From Camelus dromedarius (lineage: Eukaryota): a DNA stretch of 64,000 bases. Below are positions 50,101 through 60,822 of this stretch, piece after piece (position 1 is the first letter of the stretch; the number at the start of each line of letters is the position of its first letter). The notes beneath the pieces were generated by a model that did not search any database, had not been told where the DNA came from, and worked only from the letters and a program-made list of their open reading frames with translations. A program made the position numbers and the translations under genes. The stretch lies in assembly GCF_036321535.1 (NCBI RefSeq), contig NC_087437.1, positions 23,748,001-23,812,000 on the forward strand, in the 5' to 3' direction.

Positions 50101-53100
50101 CATCACTTAAAGTGTTACATTGGTGTTTGGTGATGTGCCTTTATGTACATAAACATCCCCTCTTTCTAGAAATATAATGAATACAATGAATACATACCAT
50201 CTGTAAGTTCAATTTGCTGATGAATCTGAATTCGATCTATCTATTACAGCAAACAAAAAAATTAAGCTGTAAGCATATATGTTTTTAAATTTTTAAAAAT
50301 TCATATAAGTAATCATCAATATTTTTCAGTATTTTCAGGGTTTAATAATAGTTTATATTATTTTTCAGAGTAAAACTAAAGGTGATATTTTATACGTGAA
50401 AAAATATCTTTTGAATGTGTTTATTATTAATGTGGGCAAATTCAAGTAAAATAAAATTGACTTACACTGAAATTCCTATAAAGATAAGAATACATTGTTC
50501 CTTCTAGTAGGAGTTTTGAAAATATTAAGACTATTTTATCCACTTAAAGAGATTTTTTTTTTTACTGTAAATCTCAAAACTTTTAAGTGTACATGATATC
50601 ATCATTTTTAGTTAGTGATAACTTTCCATATATATTTTGTGAGTCTCTGATTAAAAGAAAATCTATTTAGGGTATTTCTTAGACAATATATGAACTAATA
50701 AAGTTTTAATAATATATGATGACTAAGTGAACAGTAGGTATTAAATTACTGCAGAGTGCAAGAGACACAACTCATTTTTTGACAAGTGGTTGGATAGCAT
50801 GGGAATATTTATTTTTGTATCGTTTTAACACATAGAACTTCATATTCTTACTTAACCTATGAGATTTCTAACATCAAACAAATGTAAAACCTCACTTTGC
50901 TGAGATAAGCTATCATGTAGCAACTTGAAATCCAGGACTATTTTTTCGACTTTATGGTTACATTTATAAAACTGGGTCTTCAAAAGAATAAAAGCAACAA
51001 AAAAATGTAATTTTATTAATTCTAATAAAATTATACACAAAACATTACTCCATTTTGGTACCACTTGTTCAAACAACACAGTTTTGTTTAATGTTTGTTT
51101 CTAACTCCTAGGAAATTATTCAGTGTTGGGATTAAAGGGCACAGGATCCAGAACCAAGGTTCCAGAAGTAAAAAGCCATTCCCACTTCCTCTGCATTTTA
51201 ATGCTGAGCAAATTATGTAACTTCACTAGGCCTCAGTTTCTCTTCTGTAAAACGATGATAATTATAGCAACTACACATCACAGAGTTTCTAAAGGATTAA
51301 CTGAGTTAACACATGTATTCTGCTTAGGAACAAAGCCTGGAAAATAGTGCTTAATAAAGGTTTGCTATTGGTATTATTGCAGATTATATTCAAGATGATA
51401 GAAAACACAATTTCCTAAGACATGTGTCTTTTACTGTAAAAGTAAACCTTACCTAGAAGAAATAGAGTAATTTGTTAGCAAAAAATGTTGTTTTACCATT
51501 TCAGACTTTTGTGAATTAGTCAATTGTTAGTCTCACTAAGTAAACTGGAAGCACAGTTTTATATTCTATGAATCTTTTGTGTATTTGAAGTTACCTGGTT
51601 TAAATATTCCAATCCTGGTGGACAGTCTGGTGAAGGTGGTAGTGCTGGAATCCAGGGCAGTCCTGCAGGCACACCTGGCCGAAGAGGCACTGACTGGTAT
51701 TGGATGGGAGAGCCAACTGGGCAAGACCCTGAATAGCCAGCTGGTAGGACTAGGTAGTCAGTCTGCGTGCCAGTGTAGCCAGCCTTGGGGCCAGGATATT
51801 CAGCCTGGTTTTCAGGATATTCAGCCTGGGAGGCAAAATATTTAGCTTGTTTTTCAGGATAGCCAGCCTGGGAGGCAGGATACTCAGCCTGGGTTTCAGA
51901 ATTGCCAGCCTGGGAAGCTGGATATTCAGCCTGTGTTTCAGGATTGCCAGCCTGAGGGGCAGGGTAGCTAGTATTTCCTGGAGATGCTGAAATATGAATA
52001 AATGAAGTTGTTTTTAACTGCCCAGAAAAATGAAAACATTAATTCTTTTAGGATTACCCCAGTTATCTACAAACTACAATTTCTGCTTAGATATCCTCTT
52101 TCTATTAAGCTTAAGGTTTTTGTTTTTATTACTTAGCAATTTTTCAATAAAATGTCTGTGATTTCATATCCACTTTTATTTTGAGGGTTTTGGGCTGTGT
52201 ATAGAGTTGGCCCACAGCCTTACTCTTATCGTTCAAGATTTAAATGAAAATATTCTTGAACCTAAGGAAGTGAGAAAAACAACAATGATCTAGAATCATA
52301 AGCATAAAGAATCTGGAATGCCTTCGCAGAAATGACAGGTGGCAGTGGGTGCAGGGCCCACAAGGGCTTTGAGCCAGCATTTCTAGCACCAAATTACCCT
52401 GTCAAAAAGTAATTCTGGAATTCTAACAAATGATGGTGGTTTTGCTCCCTCAGGGGCTATTTGTCAGGATCTGGAGATGTTTTGTTGTCACAACTGAAGG
52501 GAGAGTAGTAGTGGCACCTTGAGTACAGAGGCCACTGATGCTGGCTTCATATGCCTAGAATAGCACCCTTCGAAAACAGCATTATCCATCCCCAGATATT
52601 GTAGTGCTGCTGTTGAGAGGACTGGCACAGTGTTAAAAGCATGTCGTTACATCCAGTCCTGTCCAGATACTTCTCTGTGTTAATAATTTGTCTGGAGTTT
52701 TAATCCATGGTGCAATTTCATTCCTAAGACCCTGCACAATAAAAAATGTTTTTGATTATGACATTTAAGTTATAAATTTAAACTTCACAATTTTGCACCC
52801 TCAGCGTATAGGAAAGTAGAATTTGAGAACCAAGGAAGCTAAAAAGTGTAAATGGCAAAACTGCCTTAAGTATTTTGTAAGAACAGGGTGAACAAAAAAT
52901 ACTGCAAGCCATATCAGGAACAAAGATTGCTGAAGCCATCAATTCATCAGCCACTGCTGCCACCCCCCACAGTGAAGATAAGCAGGCAGCCCGGCCTCTG
53001 CAGCCACTCACAATGGTGCACCCTGAGGGGACTCAGAATAAGAAAGGACAGGATACTGGCCCTAGATAGCTAGGTGCTTGTCAAAGGAATGATTTCAATG

Positions 53101-53171
53101 AGCCCAGAAGTTTGCTTCTTCCCAAAGAAAAGTGCTAAATTCTTTAACTTGAGATGTCTGGTCTTCTTTTT

Positions 53172-53202
<31 letters not shown>

Positions 53203-56200
53203 TTTTTTTTTTTTTAAACATTTTTTATTGATTTATAATCATTTTACAATGTGTCAAATTCCAGATGTCTGGTCTTCTTTATCAGTAATCCTTAATGTTC
53301 TGACTACCTGGTCTTTGTTGTAAAACTCCTATATATCCTAGCTCCTCCCCTACCTCTTCAGAGCATTCCCTCAGAGCGATCTGAGAGTCTGTCATCCCTG
53401 GCTCGAAGGGGTTTGAGTCCTCAGAAATGTCCACCAAATAAAACATAACTCTCAACTTTTAGACTGTGCATTTATTTCAGTCGTCAACAGTATGGGGAGA
53501 ACTTTAATAAGTATATACTCTGTATTCCATATGAATTTGTAATCATAATAAATCTTCGTAAGCTTATATGTACAGTACATAAAATATAAATTCTGCAGAA
53601 ATGGAGAACAATTTCAAAGGACTGTGTCCCACATTGTAACTGTAAAGGCTATGCAAAATTTAATACTTAGAATAAGCAATTTACAAATACATTTAAATGG
53701 AATACTGATGAGAAAATACATACACTATTAAAAAGTAAGTCTATAAGAGGCAATTTATCTCCTAGAAGAAAACATAGGCAAAATATTCTCTGACAAAAAT
53801 CTTAGCAATGGTTCTCCTACAGCAGTCTACTCAGGCAACAGAAATAAGAGCAAAAATAAACAAATGGGACCTAATTAAACTCATAAGCTTTTGCAAAGGA
53901 AACTATAAGCAAAACAACAACCTACGGAATGGGAGAAAATATTTGCAAGTGATGCAACTGACAAAGGCTTAATTTCCAGAATATATAAACAGATCATACA
54001 ACTTAACAAAACAAAAAAACCCAATCCAAAAATGGGGAGAAGACCTAAACAAGCATTTCTTCAATGAAGACATACAAATGGCCAATAGACATGAAAAATG
54101 CTCAGTATCAGTAATTATCAGAGAAATGCAAATCAAAACTACAATGAGATATCACCTCCCACCAGTCAGAATGGCCATCATTCAAAAAGTCCGTGAACAA
54201 TAAATACTAGAGAGGGTGTGGAGAAAAGGGAACCCTCCTACACTGTTGGTGGGAATGTAGTTTGGCGCAGCCATTATGGAAAACAGTATGAAGATTCCTC
54301 AAAAAACTGAAAACAGACTTACATATGATCCAGCAATCCCACTTCTGGATACATATCTGGAATGAATTCTAATGGGAAAAGATACATGCATCTCAATGTT
54401 CATAGAAGCACTATATACAATAGCCAAGACATGGAAGCAACCTAAATGTCCATCAACAGATGACTGGATAAAGAAGTTGTGGTATATTTATACAATGGAA
54501 TACTACTCTGCCACAAAAAGAATAAAATAATACCATTTGCAGCAACATGGATAATGAGAAAGAGAAAGAAAAATAGCATATGCTATCACTCATATGTGGA
54601 ATCTAAAATTTAAAAAAAGAAAGGACACTATGAACTCATCTACAGAACAGAAACAGACTCCCAGACTTAGTAAACAATCTTATGGTTACCGGGGAAAGCG
54701 GGTGGGAGGGGATAAACTTGGGAGTTAGAGATTTACAAATGTTGGCCACTATACATAAGAATAGATTTTTTTTAAAGTTTCTTTTGTATAGCACAGAGAA
54801 CTATGTTCAGTATCTTATAATAACCTTTAATGGAAAAAATATGAAAATGAATATATGTATGTATATGTTTGATTGGGACATTGTGCTGTACACCAGAGAT
54901 TGACACACTGTAATTGACTGTACTTCAACTAAAAAAAAAAAAAGAGAAGAGTGAGTTCCAGTAAGTGAGGTTTGATTTATACCTTACAAAGTTTTTAGGA
55001 GTACCGAGCCCTGGGATTTAAAATGAGAAATGCAAATGTAACTGCTGCCCCAATTGACAAAGGGGAGAGAGAACTTTATACTCACCTTTACAGTAAAGAG
55101 ATAAACACCAATGTGATTAAATGATTAACTAGAATCAGATACAAGCACTTTGAAGGAAGGGACCAGGGTTTTATGACTACATGTGCCAAAGGAAGATGTT
55201 TGGATGGGGAGAGAAAAAGTGAGGGAGTTGGGACGGCCTCCCTGAGTACCACTGAGATCTAATGGACACAAAGGAGTTATGTAGGCCAGTGGCAGAGAAT
55301 GAACACTTCAGAGAGAAAGCCTGGGATAGTAACAAACATAGGACCTTTATAAATCTGAAGAATGGCCAGAACCCCTGAACAGAAGAGAGACAGGCTAAAG
55401 AAGCAGTCAAGGGGAAGGCAGGGGAGCCCCTTGTGTGTGGTGGACCAAACTAAGCATTTTGGTCTTTAACCTGAAAGCAAGGGGAAGATAATGACTTATC
55501 CACTGAGCACTATCTATGATATGTATTATTATACAGATATGTGTTTTTAAACATCATTCATTACAGTGCAAAGATCAAACCACAGGCAAACCTGTGAGGG
55601 TGAGGAGATGTGAATTAATTTGTTGTATTATTAGCATTATTAAATCTTTACAAGATCCTTAGAGAGAGGATAATTGATCATTTCCACATTAGGCACAGCA
55701 AGCTGTCAATTTTAATCTATCACTGTTATCATCATTGCCACAAAAGACCTGTGCTTCACTGGTTTGGACTTAAGAAATAGAGTTGAGCAATTTTTCTCAC
55801 AAACTCTCAAACCTGATTATAACCTAATTAATTATGTATCACTTTTATTTAGCTATGGGTGGATTAAATCATTCTCCAAATGCCTTGTATGAATATTATA
55901 GACTAGATGATCATTCTTCAAATACCAACCATGTAAGAGTTTACAGCAGTGGTTCTCAGCCCTGGCTGCATGTTATAATCACCTGAGGAATTAAAAAAAA
56001 AAATCCCTAGGTCTCGCATAGAGTTTTATTATTTAATTTTTCTGGCATAATGTCCTGGTACTGGTGTTTTTGAGAGTTTTTGCTTAATACTTAAGTGAAG
56101 GCATGATTGAGATTTACCACCTTAACGTCTTAAAGGTTTTTTACTGCAAATTTTTTAAATTGCCAACATCTGGATGAGATCTAGTCCCCAGTCAGAGTTT

Positions 56201-59200
56201 TCTGGCTACACAACTAGATAAGCCATTCAGCTCCCAAGGAGATTTGTTTGCTCGGAGTGGTATATAAAAATGCATATACCCTTCTGCCTATGAAATTCTG
56301 TTTTTTTTTTAAATTGAATTATTGTTGTTTTATAATATTATACTCATTTCAGGTGTACAGAATGGTCATTCAGTATTTTTTAGATCATACTCCATTGAAA
56401 GTTATTACAAAATAATGCCCATTGAGATGATCATGTGATTTTTATCCTTCTTTCCACTAATGTGGTGTATTGCACTGATTGACATGTGAATATTGAACCA
56501 TTCATATATCCCTAAAATAAATCTCTATAATAGACATAGCAAAGGCATTTGGTAAAAGTCAAAATCCATGCATGATAAAGTTGGTATAGAGGGAACATAT
56601 CTCAACATAATAAAGGCCGTTTATGACAAACCCACAGCTAACATCATACTGAATGGTGAAAAGCTGAAAGCCTTTCTCCTAAATTTCAGGAACGAGGTAA
56701 GGATGCCCACTCTTGACATTTCTATTTAATGTAGTATCAACAGTTCTAGCCATAACAATCAGACAGGAAAAAAAAATAAGGCATCTAAATTGGAAGAAAA
56801 GAAATAAAACTGTTCTTATTTACAGAGCTGCCAGAAAACGATTAGAACTAATAAATGAATTCAGTAAAGTTGGAGGATACAGATTAATATACAGAAATCT
56901 GTTACTTCTCTATATGCTAATAATGAACTATCAGAGAGAGAAAGTAAAAAAATCCCATTTAAAATCACAACAAAGAGAATAAAATACCTAGGAATAAGCA
57001 TAGCCAAGGAGATAAAAAATTTAGACTCTGAAAATTAAAAACACTGAGGAAGGACACTGAAGATGATTAAAAGAAATGGAAGGATATGCTTCCAATGGAT
57101 TGGAAGAATTATTAAAATGCCCATACAACCCACAGCAATCTATAGATTTAATACAGCCCCTATCAAAACACCCATGACATTTTTTCATAGAACTAGAACA
57201 ATCCTAAAATTTATATATACTCATGAAAGATCTGGAATTGTCAAAGCAATCTTGGGAAAAAAGTACAAAACTGGAGGTATTAACCTCCCTGACTTGACTA
57301 TTGTACAAAGCTACAGTAATCATAATAGCATAGTATTTGTATGAGATTCCTTTTGATCTCAGGTCCCTAGGGCCCCTGCCTACTTGCAAATCTGGTACAC
57401 CAAGAATTTTGGCAGTTGGTAAAGTCCTGGTAATTTTGAAAACGGCATTGGTCTAATTGACATTTTCTGACATCTTTTATGCAGTGGTTTAAAAAAATAA
57501 TGTATTCTCTAATATGTAGTGATATGACTCAGTTATTTTTCTTATAAATGTAAGGCATGGTTCAGCATGCATACAAAAGTAAAACTTTCACATATGTTAC
57601 AAAATCAAAGTAAGAATTATCCCAGGTAGCTACATTTCTGTTGCGTCAGCTTCCAGGTTTAAGCAGTCATCTCTTTTCTGCGACTCTCACTGAATACAAT
57701 TAATCCCAGAAAATAAATTACTCAAAAACTTCCAGGGGTGAATCTCCTAAATGTGATTACATGACTGCAATTTTCAGAACAGATAGAGAATCAACAAAAA
57801 CTTTTATTAAATATGTGTAATTTGAGGTTTAATTTATGTATAACTTTATATTTCACTAGCTAAATGTAAATTCAGTACTGTTTTTATTAACTCTAAATCT
57901 TTACTATCCTGTATAAATAAAAATTACTTTTATGATATTTATGATAAAATATGTCGAACAAAGAGTCAAGAATTAGGCTACCAATTTCATTATTGTGCTT
58001 TCAGTAAAATGTACTTCCATGATAAACATACATAGAGACAGACGGACAGACACACAACATTTGGAGAGTATCAATAATTAATTATGGTTTTAATTTTTAA
58101 TTTTATTTATTTTTGTCTAACAGTTAACATTTTAATTTATTTATTTTATTGAAGTATAGTTGATTTACAGTATTTATAAAACAAAGTGATTCAATTATAC
58201 ATGTACATATATATGTATATATGTATTCATTTTCAGATTCTTTTTCATTTAGGTTATTACAAGATATGGAATATAGTTCCCTGTGCTATACAGTAGGCCC
58301 TTGTTAGTTATCTTTTTTATATATAGTAGTGTGTATCTGTAATCCCAAACTTTTAAATTATCTCTCTTTACCTTTTCTCCTTTGGTAACCATAAGTTTGT
58401 TTTCTATGTTTGTGACTCTATTTCTGTTTTGTAAATAAGTTCATTTGTATCATTTTTTTAGATTCCACATATAAGCAATATCATATGGTATTTTTCTTTT
58501 TCTGTCTGACTTAATATAATCTCCAGGTCCACCCATGTTGCTGCAAATGGCATTATTTCATTCTTTTTAATGGCTGAGTAGTATTCCATTGTGTCTATAT
58601 CTATATCTGTTTCTATATACCACATCTGCTTTACTCATTCATATGTTGATGGACATTTAGACTGCTTCCATGTCTTGGCTATTGTAAATATTGCTGCTTT
58701 GAACATTGAGGTGTGTGTATCTTTTCAAATTGGTTTTCTCCAGGTAAATGCTCCAGAGTGAGATTACTTGATCATATGGTAAGTCTATTTTTAGTTTTTT
58801 AAGTAAATTCCATACTGTTCTCCATAGTGGCTGAACCAATTTACATTCCCACAGTGTAGGAGGGTTCCTTTTTCTCCACACCCTCTCCAGCATTTATTAT
58901 TTGTAGACTTATTAAATGATGACTGTTCTGACCAGTGTGAGGTGATATCTCACTGTAGTTTTGATTTGCATTTCTCAGTAATTAGTGATATTGAGCATCT
59001 TTTCATGTGCCTGTTAGCCATCTGTATGTCTTCTCTGGGGAAATGTCTATTTAGGCTTTCTGCCCATTTTTTGATTGGGTTATTTATTTATTTATTTTTG
59101 ATATTAAGCTGTATGAGCTGTTTGTATATTTTGGAGATGAATCCCTTGTCACTATCATCATTTGCAAATATTTTCTCCCATTCTGTAGGTTGTCTTTTCA

Positions 59201-60822
59201 TTTTGTTCATGGTTTCCTTTGCGGTACAAAAGCTTTTTAGTTTAGTTCCCATTTGCTTATTTTTCCTTTTATTTTCATTACTCTAGGAGATGGATTGAAA
59301 ACTTATTTCTGTAATTTATGTCAAAAACTGTTCTGCCTATGTTTTCCTCTAGTTTTATAGTATCCTATCTTACATTTAGGTCTTTGATCTACTTTGAGTT
59401 TATTTTTGTATATGGTGTTAGAGAATATTCTAGTTTCATTCTTTTACAAGGAGCTGTCCAGTTTTCTCAGCACCACATATCGAAGAGACTGTCTTTTCTC
59501 CATTGCATGTTCTTGCCTGATGATGTGTGATGTGGAACATACTGTCATATGCTTATTTGCCATCTGTATATCTTCTTTGATGAGGTGTCCTTTAAATACT
59601 TTGGTCCATTTTTAATAGGGTGTTTTAATTATTGAGTTTGAGTACTCTGCATTACAATTATGCATACAGTCCTTTATCAGATATGTCTTTTGCAAATATT
59701 TTCTCCCAGTCTGTAGCTTGTCTTCTAATTTTCTTGATGTTGTCTTTTGCAGAGCAGAGACTTTTCATTTTAATGAAGTCTAATTTGTCAAATACTTCTT
59801 GTGTTTTTGGTGTTGTATATAAAAAGGCATCACTATACCAACAATTATCTAGATTTTCTCCTATGTCATCTTCTAGGGATTTTATAGTTTCACTTTTTAC
59901 ATTTAGGTCTATACTGCATTTTGAGTTAATTTTTATGAAGGATGTAAGGTCAGTGTCTAGATTTACTTTCTTGCAAGTAGATGTCCAGTTGATCCAGCAC
60001 CATTTGTTGAAGAGACTATCTTTGTTCCATTGTATTGCCTATATCTTTGTCAAAGATCAGTTGACTGTATTTAAGGGTATCTAACTATGGGCTCTCTATT
60101 CTGTTACAGTGACCTATATTTGTTTGTTCTTTTGCAACCACCACACTGTCTTGATACTGTTTCTATAGTAAGTCTCAATTTTGGGTAGTATCAGCCCTCT
60201 AACTTTGCTCTTCTTAGGATTTAGTTCTTAATATTTCCCCAAATATATATATATATTATTTTTCTCTCTAGAACATTAAAATTTTAAAAATAGAGGCCTT
60301 TTATTACATGCTTGATCAATATTCATCTTATTTTAGAATTTTCTTGAGAGAAAAAGAGTACAAACATAATGATTGTTATTTATTTAAACCTATATACTTG
60401 TGTATGTTATGAAATATATATCAGGGGATGTATATGAGGATTTTACACAAATAAATGACATATTAAATTCATTATCTGTTTACCAGTATGATTTGAATAA
60501 CTTTTATGTATAAAATGTACACAGAATAGGGAAAACTTACCTTGATGGACTATTGATAATTATATAATTTTCCCAATAGGATTAGAATTTCTTAGGTTAC
60601 TCTAAGTTTTTTTTTTAAGGAAAAATTAACAGTATTGGATATTTGTCTACATCTTCTCTGAAGTCCAACTACTGACATTAGATTTTGATGCATAAACAAC
60701 ACAGAGTAAATCGTGTTCTTTCCAAAACTGAATAAAACAAAATGACAAAAACCTGTTAACAACAGGATTAACATTATAGGGTGGAAAGTAAACAAAGCAA
60801 AGTACTTACTTTGGTTGTCCAT
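26072..60822 (-). CDS. PLSCR2: Gene A: phospholipid scramblase, PLSCR2/PLSCR1-like; spliced CDS join(60822-60810,51986-51595,50240-50198,40217-39997,37494-37333,29478-29317,26131-26072), 350 aa
   Basis: Seven exons with AG/GT boundaries and compatible phases (13+392+43+221+162+162+60=1053 nt, no internal stop). The exon sizes 43/221/162/162 match the PLSCR1-type structure. Motifs include [33 protein letters not shown] and [13 protein letters not shown] resembles the long PLSCR2 N-terminus, while the MDNQ start and GIW* end resemble PLSCR1, so orthology is uncertain. Confidence 0.85.
26886..28158 (-). mobile_element. L1 3' end (lineage-specific type), interrupted by a solo LTR
   Basis: T-rich tail followed by ctgaagtatagtc; [25 protein letters not shown]. 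Confidence 0.9.
27168..27546 (+). mobile_element. Solo LTR, 379 bp, TG...CA, 5-bp TSD CTGTT
   Basis: ctgtt|TGTGAG...CTGACA|ctgtt; the L1 sequence resumes across it; internal gataaaa and AATAAA (27419). Confidence 0.88.
28498..28854. mobile_element. Two adjacent MER5-like hAT elements
   Basis: Each has ..gcatat(t)ggaatca(c/t)ctggg..; the second is flanked by 8-bp ctctgtcc duplications. Confidence 0.7.
29317..29478 (-). CDS. PLSCR2: Gene A 162-nt exon: [54 protein letters not shown]
   Basis: cattttag|ATCAAATCT...CTCATT|gtaagt; overlaps ORF 29230..29418; covers the NLS, Ca-motif and C-terminal helix region. Confidence 0.95.
30490..30885 (+). mobile_element. MLT1-type MaLR LTR
   Basis: ggcttggccatgtgccttgttt ... 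taagccactga..tttaggggttatttgttatgcag. Confidence 0.75.
31286..32600 (+). mobile_element. MER21-like LTR interrupted by a Tigger1 derivative
   Basis: tcctgacatagagctctaaacctctt, gggggctggtcaccagaaag and tttggtgtcagaagtg motifs. Confidence 0.72.
31798..32238 (-). mobile_element. Internally deleted Tigger1-like element
   Basis: Both Tigger1 termini are recognisable: gcataccttggatatgttacaggtttggatccagaccacc and gcaataaagtgaggtgca..tgtgcctg. Confidence 0.75.
32850..33090 (-). mobile_element. MIR SINE
   Basis: tattattatccatatttcccatatgaaaaaattgaagcaaagaaaggttaagtaatttg core. Confidence 0.7.
33143..33365. mobile_element. MER58A-like hAT element
   Basis: caggagtcagccaac...tgtttttgtaagtgaagttt...tggcccacaa...attcctg. 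Confidence 0.65.
33570..34700 (+). mobile_element. Ancient L1ME-like ORF2 remnant
   Basis: Very degraded L1 motifs (acttaggaataagcttaacaaaa, gggaaatatttgcaaat). Confidence 0.55.
37333..37494 (-). CDS. PLSCR2: Gene A 162-nt exon: [54 protein letters not shown]
   Basis: ttttgtag|ATAGAAGTC...TTTAAG|gtaaga; hand translation matches PLSCR IEIQAPPGVPIGYVxQTWHP. Confidence 0.95.
37603..38590 (-). mobile_element. L1MA-like 3' end
   Basis: tttttattgaggt tail; [14 protein letters not shown]...[13 protein letters not shown]. Confidence 0.9.
38610..39105. mobile_element. Two MIR fragments (about 38610-38800 and 38970-39105)
   Basis: gaggaaataactgagg...gaggttaattaacttg and ctcagtacgttcatctgt core motifs. 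Confidence 0.55.
39997..40217 (-). CDS. PLSCR2: Gene A 221-nt exon: [27 protein letters not shown]...[16 protein letters not shown]
   Basis: Lies within ORF 39961..40251; tttttag acceptor and GAG|gtcggt donor; scramblase domain with the Cys-rich palmitoylation motif. Confidence 0.95.
46125..46252 (-). mobile_element. tRNA-derived SINE (camelid vic-1-like)
   Basis: Minus strand GGGGAGAAGGTATAGCTCAGTGGTAGAG (A box)...GGGTTCAATCCCCAG (B box), then a non-tRNA tail and (AAAT)n. Confidence 0.85.
47566..47941 (-). mobile_element. Younger truncated L1 3' end nested in the older L1
   Basis: attgaagtatagttg start; flanked by tatggc(t/c)attattt duplications. Confidence 0.78.
50198..50240 (-). CDS. PLSCR2: Gene A 43-nt exon: [14 protein letters not shown](V)
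   Basis: tgtaatag|ATAGATCGA...ACAGATG|gtatgt; homologous to PLSCR1 IDQILIHQQIELLE. Confidence 0.93.
51120..51380 (+). mobile_element. MIR SINE
   Basis: ggcctcagtttctcttctgtaaaacgatgataattatagc core. Confidence 0.75.
51595..51986 (-). CDS. PLSCR2: Gene A Pro/Gln/Tyr-rich N-terminal exon (392 nt): [24 protein letters not shown]...[20 protein letters not shown]
   Basis: atttcag acceptor and CAG|gtaact donor; open in phase 1 to 0; ends in the conserved [10 protein letters not shown]. It is absent from the ORF track because it lacks a start codon. Confidence 0.92.
51725..51975 (-). repeat. Coding 21-nt tandem repeat (7-aa unit, Q-A-G/E-Y/N-P-x-x), about 10-12 degenerate copies
   Basis: Recurrent CAGGCTG(G/A) every 21 nt on the minus strand (cagcctg on the plus strand). 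Confidence 0.9.
52425..52626. mobile_element. MER20-like hAT element
   Basis: ttttgctccctcagggg..tctggagatgttttgttgtcacaactg..agaggccactgatgctg. Confidence 0.72.
52874..53489 (+). mobile_element. ERV1-like solo LTR containing a 93-bp L1 tail insertion
   Basis: TATA-like cctatatat, AATAAA near 53437, CA end and a candidate 4-bp TSD GTAT. Confidence 0.65.
53170..53262 (-). mobile_element. Severely 5'-truncated L1 tail with perfect 18-bp TSD
   Basis: agatgtctggtcttcttt at 53152-53169 and 53263-53280 flanks a (TTTA)n/T tail plus about 45 bp of L1 3' end. Confidence 0.88.
53757..54945 (+). mobile_element. Relatively young L1 3' end with poly(A)
   Basis: ctcctagaagaaaacataggc ... gactgtacttcaact followed by an A-tract. 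Confidence 0.92.
55945..56120. mobile_element. MER5-like element
   Basis: cagtggttctcagccctggctgcatgttataatcacctgagga. Confidence 0.65.
56301..57339. mobile_element. Rearranged L1 insertion containing inverted segments
   Basis: Minus-strand tail, then a minus-strand ORF2 piece, then a plus-strand ORF2 piece; flanked by tatga(a/g)attc. Confidence 0.8.
58130..60215 (-). mobile_element. L1 3' end (about 58130-59520) abutting a second, overlapping L1 ORF2 fragment (about 59520-60215)
   Basis: [16 protein letters not shown]; the L1 region tttgcaaatattttctccca occurs twice (about 59161 and 59689). Confidence 0.9.
60810..60822 (-). CDS. PLSCR2: Gene A start-codon exon (26-nt exon 60835-60810; codes MDNQ + 1 nt)
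   Basis: Minus strand reads ttttttcag|AACTCTTTAAATC ATG GAC AAC CAA A|gtaagt. This mirrors the PLSCR1 mini-exon encoding MDKQ(N). Confidence 0.85.

Noticed and set aside
51579..51845. Plus-strand 88-aa ORF
   Set aside because: It is the antisense shadow of the real minus-strand exon.
51725..51975. Regularly spaced repeats as a possible CRISPR array
   Set aside because: The units are contiguous 21-nt coding repeats without unique spacers, inside a eukaryotic exon.
57620..57689. Possible remnant of the missing small exon (minus strand AGATGACTGCTTAAACCTGGAAGC after an ttcag acceptor)
   Set aside because: The similarity is short, stops are present and there is no good donor; this is not supportable without an alignment.
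60535..60606. Strong minus-strand donor CAAG|gtaagt near the start exon
   Set aside because: The upstream sequence has stops and no convincing acceptor or homology.
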